A stretch of 64,000 bases of DNA from Candidatus Kapaibacterium sp. (lineage in GTDB: Bacteria > Bacteroidota > Ignavibacteria > Kapaibacteriales > UBA2268). The notes beneath the pieces were generated by a model that saw only the letters and a list, made by a program, of their open reading frames with translations, searched no databases and was not told the origin of the DNA. The stretch covers positions 1,792,001 through 1,856,000 of the forward strand of contig OY762428.1 in the NCBI GenBank assembly GCA_963665665.1. The letters run 5' to 3'. Shown one piece after another: positions 1 through 10,700 of the stretch. The position numbers and the translations under genes are program-made. Every line of letters begins with the position of its first letter. The first letter of the stretch is position 1.

Positions 1-30
1 TATTATATTCTTTAATATGTGTTTCACCAT
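1..30 (-). CDS. 5' end of a gene running off the window, probably membrane protein insertion efficiency factor YidD
   Basis: ATG at 30-28, one base after the rnpA stop, reads MVKHILKNII. The identity is inferred only from the conserved rpmH-rnpA-yidD gene order. Confidence 0.45.
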   Translation of the reverse strand, partial: MVKHILKNII

Positions 31-31
31 T

Positions 32-508
32 TTATTTTTCCCCCGTTTCATTTACGGGTTTAGCGCTATCCGGTTTGCGTCTTTGTTTTCTGATAAAAAC
101 GTTCGTGTAATAATCCAGAGCATTGTAAATCAGTTTTTCCACAGTTGGCTGAATGTCCTGAAGCGATATCATACGTGGAAGCTTCGGAGCTTTTCTCCAA
201 CTGATAACCAGCAGGTGAAGCGGAAACTGATCGTCAAAATCAAGTTTATTCAATGTAATCCGGACGCTTTCGCGCAGTAGTCTTTTCACCCTGTTGCGGG
301 TAACAGCTCTTTTTGCTGATTTTTTTGATATTGTAACAGCAAGATATGTAATGCTGGCAGCAGGATGTTTCTTTTTGATCAAAACTTTTTTGCATGGCCT
401 GAAGCAGGCGGCAAGAGTAGCCTCGGGACATGTAAACCTCCTGCCGTACCTGAAGACGGCAGGAATGGTTTTATATCCTTTTATGCTTTTTAGCCTTTTT
501 TTAATCAT
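32..508 (-). CDS. rnpA: Ribonuclease P protein component
   Basis: RNR motif 'ISKKSAKRAVTRNRVKRLLRE'; lies directly downstream of rpmH. Confidence 0.93.
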   Translation of the reverse strand: MIKKRLKSIKGYKTIPAVFRYGRRFTCPEATLAACFRPCKKVLIKKKHPAASITYLAVTISKKSAKRAVTRNRVKRLLRESVRITLNKLDFDDQFPLHLLVISWRKAPKLPRMISLQDIQPTVEKLIYNALDYYTNVFIRKQRRKPDSAKPVNETGEK

Positions 509-551
509 ACCGCTGTGCGGCCGGTTAATTCAAAGAACATATTTATTTTGC

Positions 552-698
552 TTACATGGAATCGCTTACAGAAAGCCTCATGCGGCCTTTTGCCCTGCGG
601 CGGGCAATTGTTTTACGTCCGTTTTTAGTAGCCATTCTTGCCCTGAAACCATGCTTGTTTTTCCTTTTACGCCTGCTTGGCTGAAATGTTCTTTTCAT
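552..698 (-). CDS. rpmH: 50S ribosomal protein L34 (absent from the ORF track, 48 aa)
   Basis: Manual translation gives [54 protein letters not shown] Shine-Dalgarno lies upstream. Confidence 0.97.
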   Translation of the reverse strand: MKRTFQPSRRKRKNKHGFRARMATKNGRKTIARRRAKGRMRLSVSDSM

Positions 699-1022
699 CT
701 TGTTACTCCTTGCATTTAATATTATAAATTATATATTATTACTTATTTACAAATATCTATTCCAAAGAACTACAAAGATAGAAATAATTTTTCAATTTTT
801 AAATAATAATAGTATTATAACATGATTTTTTTTGGGCCAGGGGAACTTTGATTTGCTAAAGAAAAATCAAATAAAGCCGATTTTATAATTAATGAAATAT
901 TTTCTATTTTAACAAGTTAATAATTTTAGATATAATAAATGATGAATAAAATTAAATTTTATTACTATTTAGAAAAAAATTTCTATTTTAGCGACGAGAG
1001 CATTTAACAGTATTGGTGTAAT

Positions 1023-2225
1023 ATGAGCATAAAAGTTCCTTTTATAATAGTTGCTGACGACGACTCAGTGTCAGCTCAGTTTAAGGGTTTGATTCAAAAA
1101 GTATTCCCGGATGCTAACGTATATAAATATTACGATGGTATTGAAGCATGGGAACACATCCGTTCGATGAAAAGACGCAGCATCATTATTTCAGAATATT
1201 TCATTCCAAAATTTTCCGGGCTTCAAATACTCAAAAATTTGAGGAAAGACAAACACGCCGCGGATTCCTACTTTATTATGGTTTTTGATGATAAAGATGA
1301 AGACAGCGAGATCGAGATCCTGCAAAAGGGGGCCGACGACGTAATGAAAAAGCCCCTGAACATTGCCCGGATGATCACAGCATTAAGGAACAGCCACAGC
1401 GTTTATTCTTTGAAGGAAAGCCTGGAAATTGAAACTGCTAATATCAGGCAGCTTGAAAAAGAATTATCCTCGTTTGTGGACAAAGTAAGAGAAGTTCTGC
1501 AAATTACGATTAAATCCAGAATACCCAAATCCCTTGTCCCGAGCGATAAAGTTGTGAAAGCTTCCGCCTGGGTTGCATCACGTTTCCAGAATATGGATGC
1601 AGTAAAAATGAAAACAATAATCACCGCTGCTGAACTTTGCCACCTGGGCAGACTGGCTCTATCGGATGAAGATATCAGCAAACCTCATCTGAAAAATGGA
1701 ATGGTGTATAGGGAACTGATGTCGAAATCACCAAAATACGCAAGTGAAATTCTTTCCCGGATCAGCGGGCTGGAAGAAATCGGCCAGATACTGCGTCATG
1801 TATATGAAAATCATGACGGTAGCGGCATGCCAGACCAGTTCAGAGCATCACAAATACCTCTTGGCTCTAAAATTCTCCGGGTGATTTTAGATTTCGAGGA
1901 AAAAATGGATGAAACCCGTGGGCGGGTAAAAAAATCAATGGAACACATCTATTTAGAGTCAAAACGCCTTTATGATTATCATGTTGTTGCTCTTTTCGAC
2001 CAGTACCTGGCTGAAAACAGGATTAATGACGGGAATTACCGCGAAGAAGGACTTGAACTGGATAAATTAGTTAAAGGAATGACAATTTCCCGGCATATTA
2101 TTACCCGTTCGGGGCATAAAATGCTTTCCGGCGACCAACAGCTTGACGACGATAAGATCAATAAACTTAAATCCCTAAATAAAAGAGATCCGATTATTGG
2201 CAAAGTATATATCCGGAAAAAATAG
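1023..2225 (+). CDS. Response regulator receiver + HD-GYP-like domain protein (degenerate motifs)
   Basis: N-terminal REC features (ADDD ... GADDVMKKP), a coiled coil, then 'HVYENHDGSGMPDQF..SQIPLGSKILRV' resembling HHERxDGSGYP. Confidence 0.85.
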   Translation: MSIKVPFIIVADDDSVSAQFKGLIQKVFPDANVYKYYDGIEAWEHIRSMKRRSIIISEYFIPKFSGLQILKNLRKDKHAADSYFIMVFDDKDEDSEIEILQKGADDVMKKPLNIARMITALRNSHSVYSLKESLEIETANIRQLEKELSSFVDKVREVLQITIKSRIPKSLVPSDKVVKASAWVASRFQNMDAVKMKTIITAAELCHLGRLALSDEDISKPHLKNGMVYRELMSKSPKYASEILSRISGLEEIGQILRHVYENHDGSGMPDQFRASQIPLGSKILRVILDFEEKMDETRGRVKKSMEHIYLESKRLYDYHVVALFDQYLAENRINDGNYREEGLELDKLVKGMTISRHIITRSGHKMLSGDQQLDDDKINKLKSLNKRDPIIGKVYIRKK

Positions 2226-2247
2226 TCATAATAATATTAAATATTCC

Positions 2248-2282
2248 AACTCATCCGGTTTGATATATCGGGTGAGTTTTTT
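2248..2282 (+). terminator. Intrinsic terminator
   Basis: AACTCATCCG...CGGGTGAGTT stem followed by a T run, just after the REC/HD-GYP gene. Confidence 0.6.
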
Positions 2283-2419
2283 AATTATGCAAATTCAGGT
2301 AAATCATTTATTATTATTGGAATTTATAACAAATTATCATCAACTGCTGTTTGTTTCCCAAAATAATAATATTTTTGTGTCGTTGGTTTTAACGGATTGA
2401 AAATAATAAAGACGGAAGA

Positions 2420-3679
2420 ATGAAATTTATCAAAATTATAGCACTAATGATATTATTCAGCGGAACTGTGCGGGCATCTAAAATCCTTATACCAATGGAT
2501 CTTGCCCAGACAGACCATCTGAAAGCTTACGGGCTTGTTTACTGGGTACTGACCCAGGGAGCTCAGGCAGACTGGCTGCTAAATTACAGGGGCGGTGCAT
2601 TCATGACGGATGGTTCCGACCTGATAGCTGCAGAATGCCGTATCAGGGGAATATATTTTGAATCAATTGACGGTGCTACGGCAGCCTCGATATACAGCCA
2701 GGCAAAAAGCGAAGATGAGAACATGGATGTGGTCAGGCTGGAGAAAGCACCGAAAATTGCTGTTTATGCCCCTCCGGGTTCCCAGCCATGGGATGATGCT
2801 GTAAGGCTCGCGCTGGAATATGCTGAAGTGAAACATGAAATTATCTGGGACGAAGAAGTAGTTTCCGGCAAACTATCGGAATATGACTGGCTTCATCTTC
2901 ATCATGAAGATTTCACCGGACAGTACGGAAAGTTTTATGCAAATTTCCGAAACCAGCCATGGTATATTCAGCAGGTACAACTTAACGAAGCTATGGCAAA
3001 AAAACTTGGTTTTCCAAAAGTATCACTATTGAAATTAGCCGTTGCCAAGAAGATTAAGGAATATGTGGCAAACGGCGGATTCCTCTTTGCTATGTGCAGC
3101 GCCACTGATTCTTACGACATTGCACTTGCAGCCGAAGGCGTGGATATTTGCGAAACTATGTTCGACGGCGACCCTGCCGACCCAAATGCAAATAAAAAAC
3201 TTGATTTTTCGAAAACTCTTGCATTCGAGAACTTCCAGTTGAAGATGAATCCTTACGAGTATGAATTCTCGGATATTGATGTCCGCCCGGAAAACGGAAT
3301 GGGAAACCCCGACACTGATTATTTTACCTTATTTGATTTTTCTGCCAAATATGATCCCGTACCAACAATGCTTACCCAGTGCCATGTTAATGTGATTCGT
3401 GGATTCCTGGGGCAGACTTCAGCCTTCCACAAAAAATTTATCAAAAAATCTATAATAACAATGGGTTTAAGGGATGGAACCGACGAAGTGAAATATATAC
3501 ACGGGAATTTCGGGCGCGGAACTTTTACCTGGTTCGCGGGGCATGACCCCGAGGACTACCGCCATGCAGTAGGCGACCCCCCAACGGAATTGAAACTGCA
3601 CAGAAACTCTCCGGGATACAGGCTGATTTTAAATAATATCCTTTTTCCGGCTGCAAAAAAGAAAAAACAAAAAACTTAA
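2420..3679 (+). CDS. Conserved exported FCB-group protein, usually annotated 'asparagine synthetase B' (glutamine-amidotransferase-like fold, function unproven)
   Basis: Signal peptide; family motifs HLKAYG, WLLNYRGG, DWLHLHHEDFTGQYGKF, FAMCSATD, GHDPEDY and SPGYRLILNNILFPAA. Confidence 0.8.
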   Translation: MKFIKIIALMILFSGTVRASKILIPMDLAQTDHLKAYGLVYWVLTQGAQADWLLNYRGGAFMTDGSDLIAAECRIRGIYFESIDGATAASIYSQAKSEDENMDVVRLEKAPKIAVYAPPGSQPWDDAVRLALEYAEVKHEIIWDEEVVSGKLSEYDWLHLHHEDFTGQYGKFYANFRNQPWYIQQVQLNEAMAKKLGFPKVSLLKLAVAKKIKEYVANGGFLFAMCSATDSYDIALAAEGVDICETMFDGDPADPNANKKLDFSKTLAFENFQLKMNPYEYEFSDIDVRPENGMGNPDTDYFTLFDFSAKYDPVPTMLTQCHVNVIRGFLGQTSAFHKKFIKKSIITMGLRDGTDEVKYIHGNFGRGTFTWFAGHDPEDYRHAVGDPPTELKLHRNSPGYRLILNNILFPAAKKKKQKT

Positions 3680-3783
3680 TATTGCTTATTTTTGTAAAAA
3701 AATTATTTTATGGTTTGATTAGCAACCGTTGATATGCTATATTTGCCATAACATTAAATAATTAACCGGAGAAGAATACCCTG

Positions 3784-4614
3784 ATGAAAATATCCAAGTT
3801 ATTGATTATTTTTTCAATATTATTTCTTTCAACAGCAATCTCTGTTTTAGCTCAGCTAAGTATTGAAATTGCTGATACCACACTACAAAGAGGAGAAGAC
3901 AATAAAATTCTACTCCCTGTAAAAATCAACCTGCCCCCCGGTGATATAAATTCAGTAACTATAAAATTCAAATACGATGCGAGGATAATTGATATTAGTT
4001 CCGTTTCCGGCGGTACTGACTATATTATGCTCAGCCAGGCCCCTGATATTAAAAAAAGCTTTTCAGTTCTTGAGGAAGCTGACATAACTGTTAGTGACAA
4101 TACAATAGCGCCGGACAATGGCAATATTCTTTGTGTTTTTGAAATTGAAGGCCTTGCCGCCGAAGATTCAATAGCTTATATCGAACCGGTCGAGCTATAT
4201 ATCGATAATGAATTAAAAGAAGAGGCTGAATTGGCCAGAGCCACGATAAAAGTTACCGGGGATGCGATTATCAGGATTCTGCCAGAGGGCCTTGGGGATA
4301 ATTACCCCAACCCCTTTTACCAGAACACCAGGGTAATTTTCAATATCAAAAAAGAAACAAATGTAACGTTTTCACTTTTCTCTGTTATTGGTGAAAAAGT
4401 AGCCGATTCGGAAAGCTCCACTGAAGAGATAAAATTTGAATTTTTTACAAAAGACGGTACACCACTTGATGTAGAGAGCAACCCCAGGCTGCAACCCGGA
4501 AAATATGAACTCCTTCTGACTCCCCTAAACTGGAAATTTGCAAGCGGCCCTTATTACCTGCTACTGGAAACCGGTAGCGGAGCTTACAACAAATCAATAT
4601 TATATCATAAGTAA
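3784..4614 (+). CDS. Exported protein with a cohesin-like domain and a T9SS-CTD-like C terminus
   Basis: Signal peptide; cohesin-like 'FKYDARII...GNILCVFEI'; 'LGDNYPNPF...SGPYYLLL' C terminus. Confidence 0.6.
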   Translation: MKISKLLIIFSILFLSTAISVLAQLSIEIADTTLQRGEDNKILLPVKINLPPGDINSVTIKFKYDARIIDISSVSGGTDYIMLSQAPDIKKSFSVLEEADITVSDNTIAPDNGNILCVFEIEGLAAEDSIAYIEPVELYIDNELKEEAELARATIKVTGDAIIRILPEGLGDNYPNPFYQNTRVIFNIKKETNVTFSLFSVIGEKVADSESSTEEIKFEFFTKDGTPLDVESNPRLQPGKYELLLTPLNWKFASGPYYLLLETGSGAYNKSILYHK

Positions 4615-4621
4615 TGAAAAA

Positions 4622-7027
4622 ATGAAAAACTTCAAATATATACTGCTGTTTACTATATTACTAACCTGCTGCCGGGTTGATGTCGTTGCACAGGAAGACA
4701 GCAGCGATGTTGTCAATAAATTGTTGAAAGTTAAGAATCCCGAGGGCGTTGACTTCTGGTTGTGCTTTATGAAAAACTTCAAAGAGCCGAAAACTATTAC
4801 TACATCCAACGCACTGCATCTTGAATTATTTATTACCGGTGATGAAGATGCGAATGTTGTAATTGAAGCAAAAAATATTGGCCTCAAAGAAGAATTGTTT
4901 GTTCCTGCCAGAACAATTAAAAGTATTAAAATTGACCCTAAAGCTCAAATCCAAAGTTCGGAGATACTTGAAAAAAGTGCTGCTGTTCACATTACATCAG
5001 ACAATCCAATATCTGTATACGGCCTGAACCGCAGATTCCAGACAACCGATACTTACCTGGGCCTGCCCAAACGGGTGCTTGGCAATGATTACCGTGTTAT
5101 GTGTTATTCCGTATCCGACGGGCTTATGGCACAATTTGCAATTGTGGCAACAGAAAACAACACTATTGTAAAAATTGATCCGGCTGCAAATACCACAATA
5201 TTTCCTGATAAGGAAGAAAACAGGAAAATGCACAGCAAGGGAGAAATATTCCAAATAAGGATGAACAAAGGTGACGTTTATCAGGTAGCTTCAAGGTTTG
5301 AATCAGGAGACTGCGACCTGACCGGAACCAAGATTTCGGCAAATAAAAAAATTGCCGTATTCAGCGGGCATCAGTGTGCTTATGTGCCCAAAAAAGTTAT
5401 AGCGTGTAACCACCTCGTGGAACAGCTTCCGCCACTGCCGTCCTGGGGCAAGCATTTTTACCTTGGTATGCTGAAACCAAGATCAAAATACACATACCGT
5501 GTGCTTGCAAATGAAGACAGCACAAAAGTATTTGAAGATGCTAAACTTACAAGGATATTAAAATCAGGGCAGTTTTTCGAAAAAACAATCGAAAAGAATG
5601 TTCAGGTAAGTGCAGACAAACCAATCCTGGTATCCCAATATTCGCAGGGCTTCAGGAATGGCGATTCTATCGGAGATCCGATGATGCTTCTGATTAGCCC
5701 TACACAGCAGTTTCTTCGCAAATACAGGTTTGCAACCCCGATTAACGGCTCGTGGAAGCACTACGTTAACGTGGTTGTTCCTACAAATTCTATTTCCACC
5801 ATGCGGCTGGACGGACGAGGAATCGACACTGTTCTTTTCGAACGCCTCGGGCTAAGCCGGTACTCCATTGCATATCTCAGAATACCATTTGGCACTCACG
5901 TTATTGAAGGCGCAATGCCTTTCGGGATGTACTCATACGGCTTCGGTTACGGCGCAGATGCCTTTGATGCCTACGGAACTATGGGAGGACAGTCCTTCAT
6001 GGATTACGAACCGGCAAGAGATACATTGGAACCAATGGCGGAAGCCTTGTACGAAAAAGAGATTATGCAGATTATCTTTCGCGATGACCGCGTGGATGAT
6101 ACAGGTATAAAAAATATTAAAATACTTGATGCTGTTGGTATCAGGGCTGTTGTTCCTGTTATTGAAGAAGGCTCGCCGCAGGTTTCGATGAACGTGCGGC
6201 CTGTTAATCCCTCTGCTCCCGGCAGAATGATAATCGAAGCAACGGATATTGCCCTGAACACATCAGTTTTCACTCTTTGCTACGTAAAGGACAGAAAAAC
6301 CAAACTATTTGATTTCGAACTGAATGAAGGCGCCGAAGAGCAATGCCTGCCTGAACCGGGATGGGATCTCGGATTATTCGGAAAAATGTCTGTTTTTATG
6401 CATTCCGCTGATTTTTCCAGTTCCGGAAAAATTGTTTCTAAAGGAAAATTTTCTGATGCAATAGGATTTGGAGGATACGGAGGTATCATTCTTAGCAGGT
6501 ATGTTAAGCCAAATCTGACTTTAAGCGGCAGGCTTTCCTTCGAAAATTATGGCGGAGTAATTTCTGCTCCGGACAGTTCACTTTCACAAATCCGTGAAGA
6601 TACAACAGGCAAGTTGCTTCCTTACCAGGAATCAAGAGATTTAGAGCTTAAGGGTATTTTCATGCACATTGGCTTTAGTGCAGAATGGTACTACAAGGAG
6701 CATCTTTATCTGCTTGGCGGATTAAATTTCTCTTTAGCCCTGAGCAAATCTGTTGATTATTATCAGAAAATATTAATACCCGATGATATTACTTTTGCAA
6801 ACGGCAGCCGTGTTCGCGTACCCGATGATGCTCCTGATAGTTTTGATAATATCAAAACATTAAGGCTGGGGATATTTGCAGGGGCAGGGTTTTCATACCC
6901 CATATACCACCGGGTTACAGCCTTTGCAGAAGGAATTTTCGGCTATCATTTCGGCAGCCTGATTTCGGATGGAGACTGGGGAATGAGCCAGCTTTCGTTT
7001 GTTATTGGTGCAAAATACAATTTATAA
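4622..7027 (+). CDS. IgGFc-binding-protein N-terminal domain fused to a C-terminal outer-membrane beta-barrel
   Basis: Start moved to ATG 4622 (MKNFKYILL signal peptide). It shares motifs (G.DFW, DLTGTKISANKKIAVFSGHQCA, EQLPP..SWGK) with the 21426 and 24342 genes. The C terminus has alternating beta-strands ending FVIGAKYNL. Confidence 0.7.
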   Translation: MKNFKYILLFTILLTCCRVDVVAQEDSSDVVNKLLKVKNPEGVDFWLCFMKNFKEPKTITTSNALHLELFITGDEDANVVIEAKNIGLKEELFVPARTIKSIKIDPKAQIQSSEILEKSAAVHITSDNPISVYGLNRRFQTTDTYLGLPKRVLGNDYRVMCYSVSDGLMAQFAIVATENNTIVKIDPAANTTIFPDKEENRKMHSKGEIFQIRMNKGDVYQVASRFESGDCDLTGTKISANKKIAVFSGHQCAYVPKKVIACNHLVEQLPPLPSWGKHFYLGMLKPRSKYTYRVLANEDSTKVFEDAKLTRILKSGQFFEKTIEKNVQVSADKPILVSQYSQGFRNGDSIGDPMMLLISPTQQFLRKYRFATPINGSWKHYVNVVVPTNSISTMRLDGRGIDTVLFERLGLSRYSIAYLRIPFGTHVIEGAMPFGMYSYGFGYGADAFDAYGTMGGQSFMDYEPARDTLEPMAEALYEKEIMQIIFRDDRVDDTGIKNIKILDAVGIRAVVPVIEEGSPQVSMNVRPVNPSAPGRMIIEATDIALNTSVFTLCYVKDRKTKLFDFELNEGAEEQCLPEPGWDLGLFGKMSVFMHSADFSSSGKIVSKGKFSDAIGFGGYGGIILSRYVKPNLTLSGRLSFENYGGVISAPDSSLSQIREDTTGKLLPYQESRDLELKGIFMHIGFSAEWYYKEHLYLLGGLNFSLALSKSVDYYQKILIPDDITFANGSRVRVPDDAPDSFDNIKTLRLGIFAGAGFSYPIYHRVTAFAEGIFGYHFGSLISDGDWGMSQLSFVIGAKYNL

Positions 7028-7037
7028 AGGCATAAAT

Positions 7038-7703
7038 TTGCTTAAGCAGGGAATAGCGGTACTTAAAAAGGACCTGAAATCTGAATTCAGAACCAGGTAT
7101 GCATTATCATCTGTTATTCTTTTCGTACTTATAGCCGTAAGTGTATTGCTTTTTTCCCTTACCGGCGAAAAAATCAATGTGGAAATATCATCGGCGCTAT
7201 TGTGGGTAATAATGTTTTTCGGTTCCATGAGCGGCCTTTCCAGGGGATTTGTCAGCGAATACGAACGCTCCACAATGATGCTGCTTGAACTTTCGGCAGG
7301 TAACAACCCGATTTATATCGGCAAGTATGCATTTAATGTGTTTCTGTCACTGGTAATCAATATATGCAGTTCACTATTATTTTTCCTGCTTCTGTCTCCT
7401 CCCCCGCTGAAAATGCCGGTTGCTTTTATAATATTAATATTCCTTGCAGCCCTGGGCCTTGCTTCTTCAACTACAATCATTTCTGCAATAATTTCTGCGG
7501 CAAGGGGAAAGAATTCACTCTTCCCGATATTATCCCTGCCGGTTACACTGCCCCTTATACTTATCGGAGTTGAAACAACTCAATGGTGTTTCAATGGAAC
7601 AGAAACAATATCCATGTTGAGAAATTTTACTGTAATATTGGCTTATTCTGTAATTTTAACAACTGCTTCGTTTCTTCTATATGATTTTGTAAGGGACGAA
7701 TAG
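7038..7703 (+). CDS. ccmB: Heme exporter protein B (cytochrome c maturation)
   Basis: 'KKDLKSEFRTR', 'ALLWV..FF', 'F.SEYERSTM..L', 'LFPILSLPV' and six hydrophobic helices. The in-frame TTG at 7038 is the likely start. Confidence 0.88.
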   Translation: MLKQGIAVLKKDLKSEFRTRYALSSVILFVLIAVSVLLFSLTGEKINVEISSALLWVIMFFGSMSGLSRGFVSEYERSTMMLLELSAGNNPIYIGKYAFNVFLSLVINICSSLLFFLLLSPPPLKMPVAFIILIFLAALGLASSTTIISAIISAARGKNSLFPILSLPVTLPLILIGVETTQWCFNGTETISMLRNFTVILAYSVILTTASFLLYDFVRDE

Positions 7704-7782
7704 ACATTTCTTTTAAATTGGAAATATTTCTTTTTTTTCGTTATATTGAAATAATATTCTGAATATTATCACCGGGAAATTC

Positions 7783-10700
7783 ATGGCTCTGAACAAAAAA
7801 ATATTGGCCAAAATGACGCAACAGCAAATATTTGATCTTCTTAGGGATTATCAAATAAAAGAAAAAAAATGGAAAGAACGTGAGCAGGAGCTGATTGATC
7901 AGGAAGAAAACTACCGTTTGCTATATGAAAACGCCCCACTCGGATATCAGTCTCTGGATGAAGAAGGCAATATTATTGAAGTGAACAAAGCCTGGCTGGA
8001 TATTTTAGGTTACAAAAAAGAAGATGTTATCGGAAAGAATTTTGCTGATTTTCTGCCAAAAGAATTTCAGGAGCATTTTAAAAAGAATTTTCCGCAGTTC
8101 AAATCAATGGGATATATTCTTGGTATTGAATTCGAGATGATAAAATCAGACGGCAACGATGTAATAGTTTCCTTCGACGGGAAAATTGGTAAAACAAAAG
8201 AGAATAAATTCATAAGAACACACTGCATACTGAGGGATATTACAGGAAAAAAGAAATCCCAGGATTACATTTATAAAAAAAATGATCAAATCGAGAGTTA
8301 CAATAAAGCAATAATTGATATATCAACTGATGACGATGTAAACTCCGGAAATTTTTTTCAGGCAGCCCAAAAGATCTGCAAGAAAGCTACTGAATTAATG
8401 GATATTGAATATTCAAGCATCTGGTTTTTTAACAAAGACCATTCTGAACTAAGGATGCTGACACGACACAAAAGAAGTGAAAATTCATTTGATAAAGATA
8501 TTGTGATCAGCAGAAAAAAATATCCCAAATACTTTAGCGCTATTGAAAAAGAAAGGATCGTTATTGCTCAATCTAATTCGGATGATGAAATTTCACGGGA
8601 ATTTCTCCATAACTATTTTAAGTCCAACGATCTCCATTCAATGCTCGATGTAACTATCAGGTCAGGAACCGATATAATCGCTGTTATCTGTTTTGAACAG
8701 TCACGGCTTAACAAAGATTGGAATGATGCTGATATCATGTTCTCTGTTGAACTTGCAGACCAGGCAGCCCAGGCTTCGGCAATTTCCCAAAAAGTAAAAG
8801 CCCTTGAGAACCTTGAAAAAAGCCGTGATGAACTTGAAGAAAGCCAGGCAACAATTGAAGGAATATTAAATGCAGCGCCCATTGGTATTGGTATTGTTAA
8901 GGACAGGATGCTGGGATGGACAAACAGGTTTTTTAAAGAATTCACCGGCTACACGGATGAAGAGCTGAATGGCAAAAGTGCAAGAATAATATATCCGGAT
9001 GAAGAGGAATACAACAGGGTTGCTGAAATAAAACATCCAAAGGTGGAAAGATTCGGTTATGGTGATGTTGAAACCAAAATTCAAAGGAAAAACGGGGAAA
9101 TAAAAAATGTAATTATGAGCAGCGCGCAAATTGCTCGCGGCGATAGTTCAAAAGGATTGATATTTACTGTTTATGATATAACAGATTTTGCAAATACCAG
9201 GAAAGCCCTTGAAAAATCGGAAAAAGAAAAAAACCTTATTTTATCCACTGTTACTGAAAGCGTTATTTACCTTGATACTGACATGAACATTATCTGGGCC
9301 AACAAAGCAGCAGAAAAATTAAGCGGGAAAAATTATGAAGAAAACAAAAATTTAAAATGCTACCAATACTGGTATGGGCAAAATGAAAAATGCATGAATT
9401 GCCATATCGAAACTGCAATTAAATCAGGGGTGCTTTCACGTGCTGAAAGATTAACTTCCGACGGAAAATTTTATGATATAAAAGCTATACCTGTTTTTAA
9501 TAAAAACGGGGAAGTAAGCGGTGCTATTGAAACGGTATCCGATATATCGGATATAAAAACCTTATCGATAAAATTCGACCGCGAACTAAAAATCAACCAG
9601 GCATTGGCGGATGTATCTGCAAAGCTGTTGGAACCCGTACTTGAATTCGAAGATTATGCTGAAATAATATTAGACGAAGCGCTAAAACTAACAGCAAGCC
9701 CTCATGGCTTTATAAGTGCTATTGATGAATCTAACGGCAGTAATATATTATATGCCATGACGGATATGTTCGATCAGTTTTCCGGTATGAAAAATGAAGA
9801 CGGGTATATCGTGATGAAACCGGATGAAAATGGCTTTTATCCCGGATTTATCGGGCATGTTCTGAATACCGGCGAACCAATGTTTACAAACAATCCCCAC
9901 AATCCCGATGATCAATCGCCCGAATGCCTTTTGAACGTGCAACGTTGTGTTTGTGTACCGGCAAAATATGGCGAAACGATCCTTGGCCAGATTGCAGTTT
10001 TCAATTCCGCCAGAGATTATAAATCCGAAGAAATGCATATTGTTCAGAAAATTGCCAATTTATATGCCAGTATGCTTAAAAGAGTCATGGCAGAAAACGA
10101 TCTGAAAAATCTGAACAGGGAACTTGAAAAACGAGTTGCACAAAGAACCGAAAAACTGAACGATGCTGTAGAATATCTGAGAATTGAAGTTGAAGAAAGG
10201 CATCAGATACAGCAGGAACTTATGATTGCCAAGGATAAAATATCTGAAACACTGGAAAATGAAAAGGAAGTTAATAAAATGAAAACCAGGTTTATTTCAA
10301 TGGTTTCTCATGAATACAGAACCCCCCTGACGGTTATTTTGTCTTCCTCGCATTTGATCGGCAGATATTCAACCGGCGAGCATAAGGAAAAAATTGACAA
10401 ACATCTCAGGAAAATCCAGAATTCAGTCAGCCAAATGACAAAACTGATAGATGATGTACTGATTGTAGGCAAAAGCGAGGGGCGTTCTTTCACTGTAAAT
10501 TCATCAATTATCGATATAGTCTCGCTGCTCAAGGAAATTTACGAAGAAAGCAAAGTAATTGATTCCGGCAAACATTCTATTGAATTTTCCTGCGATACAC
10601 CAAAGATGAACTTTTTTACCGACAGGGCAATCTTAAAACAGATACTGACCAATCTGATATCAAATGCTTTGAAGTATTCCCCGAACAGCAAAATCGTAAA

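Noticed and set aside
699-1022. Possible oriC in the AT-rich gap upstream of rpmH
   Set aside because: No dnaA is adjacent and I found no TTATCCACA-type DnaA boxes; it is consistent with divergent promoters.
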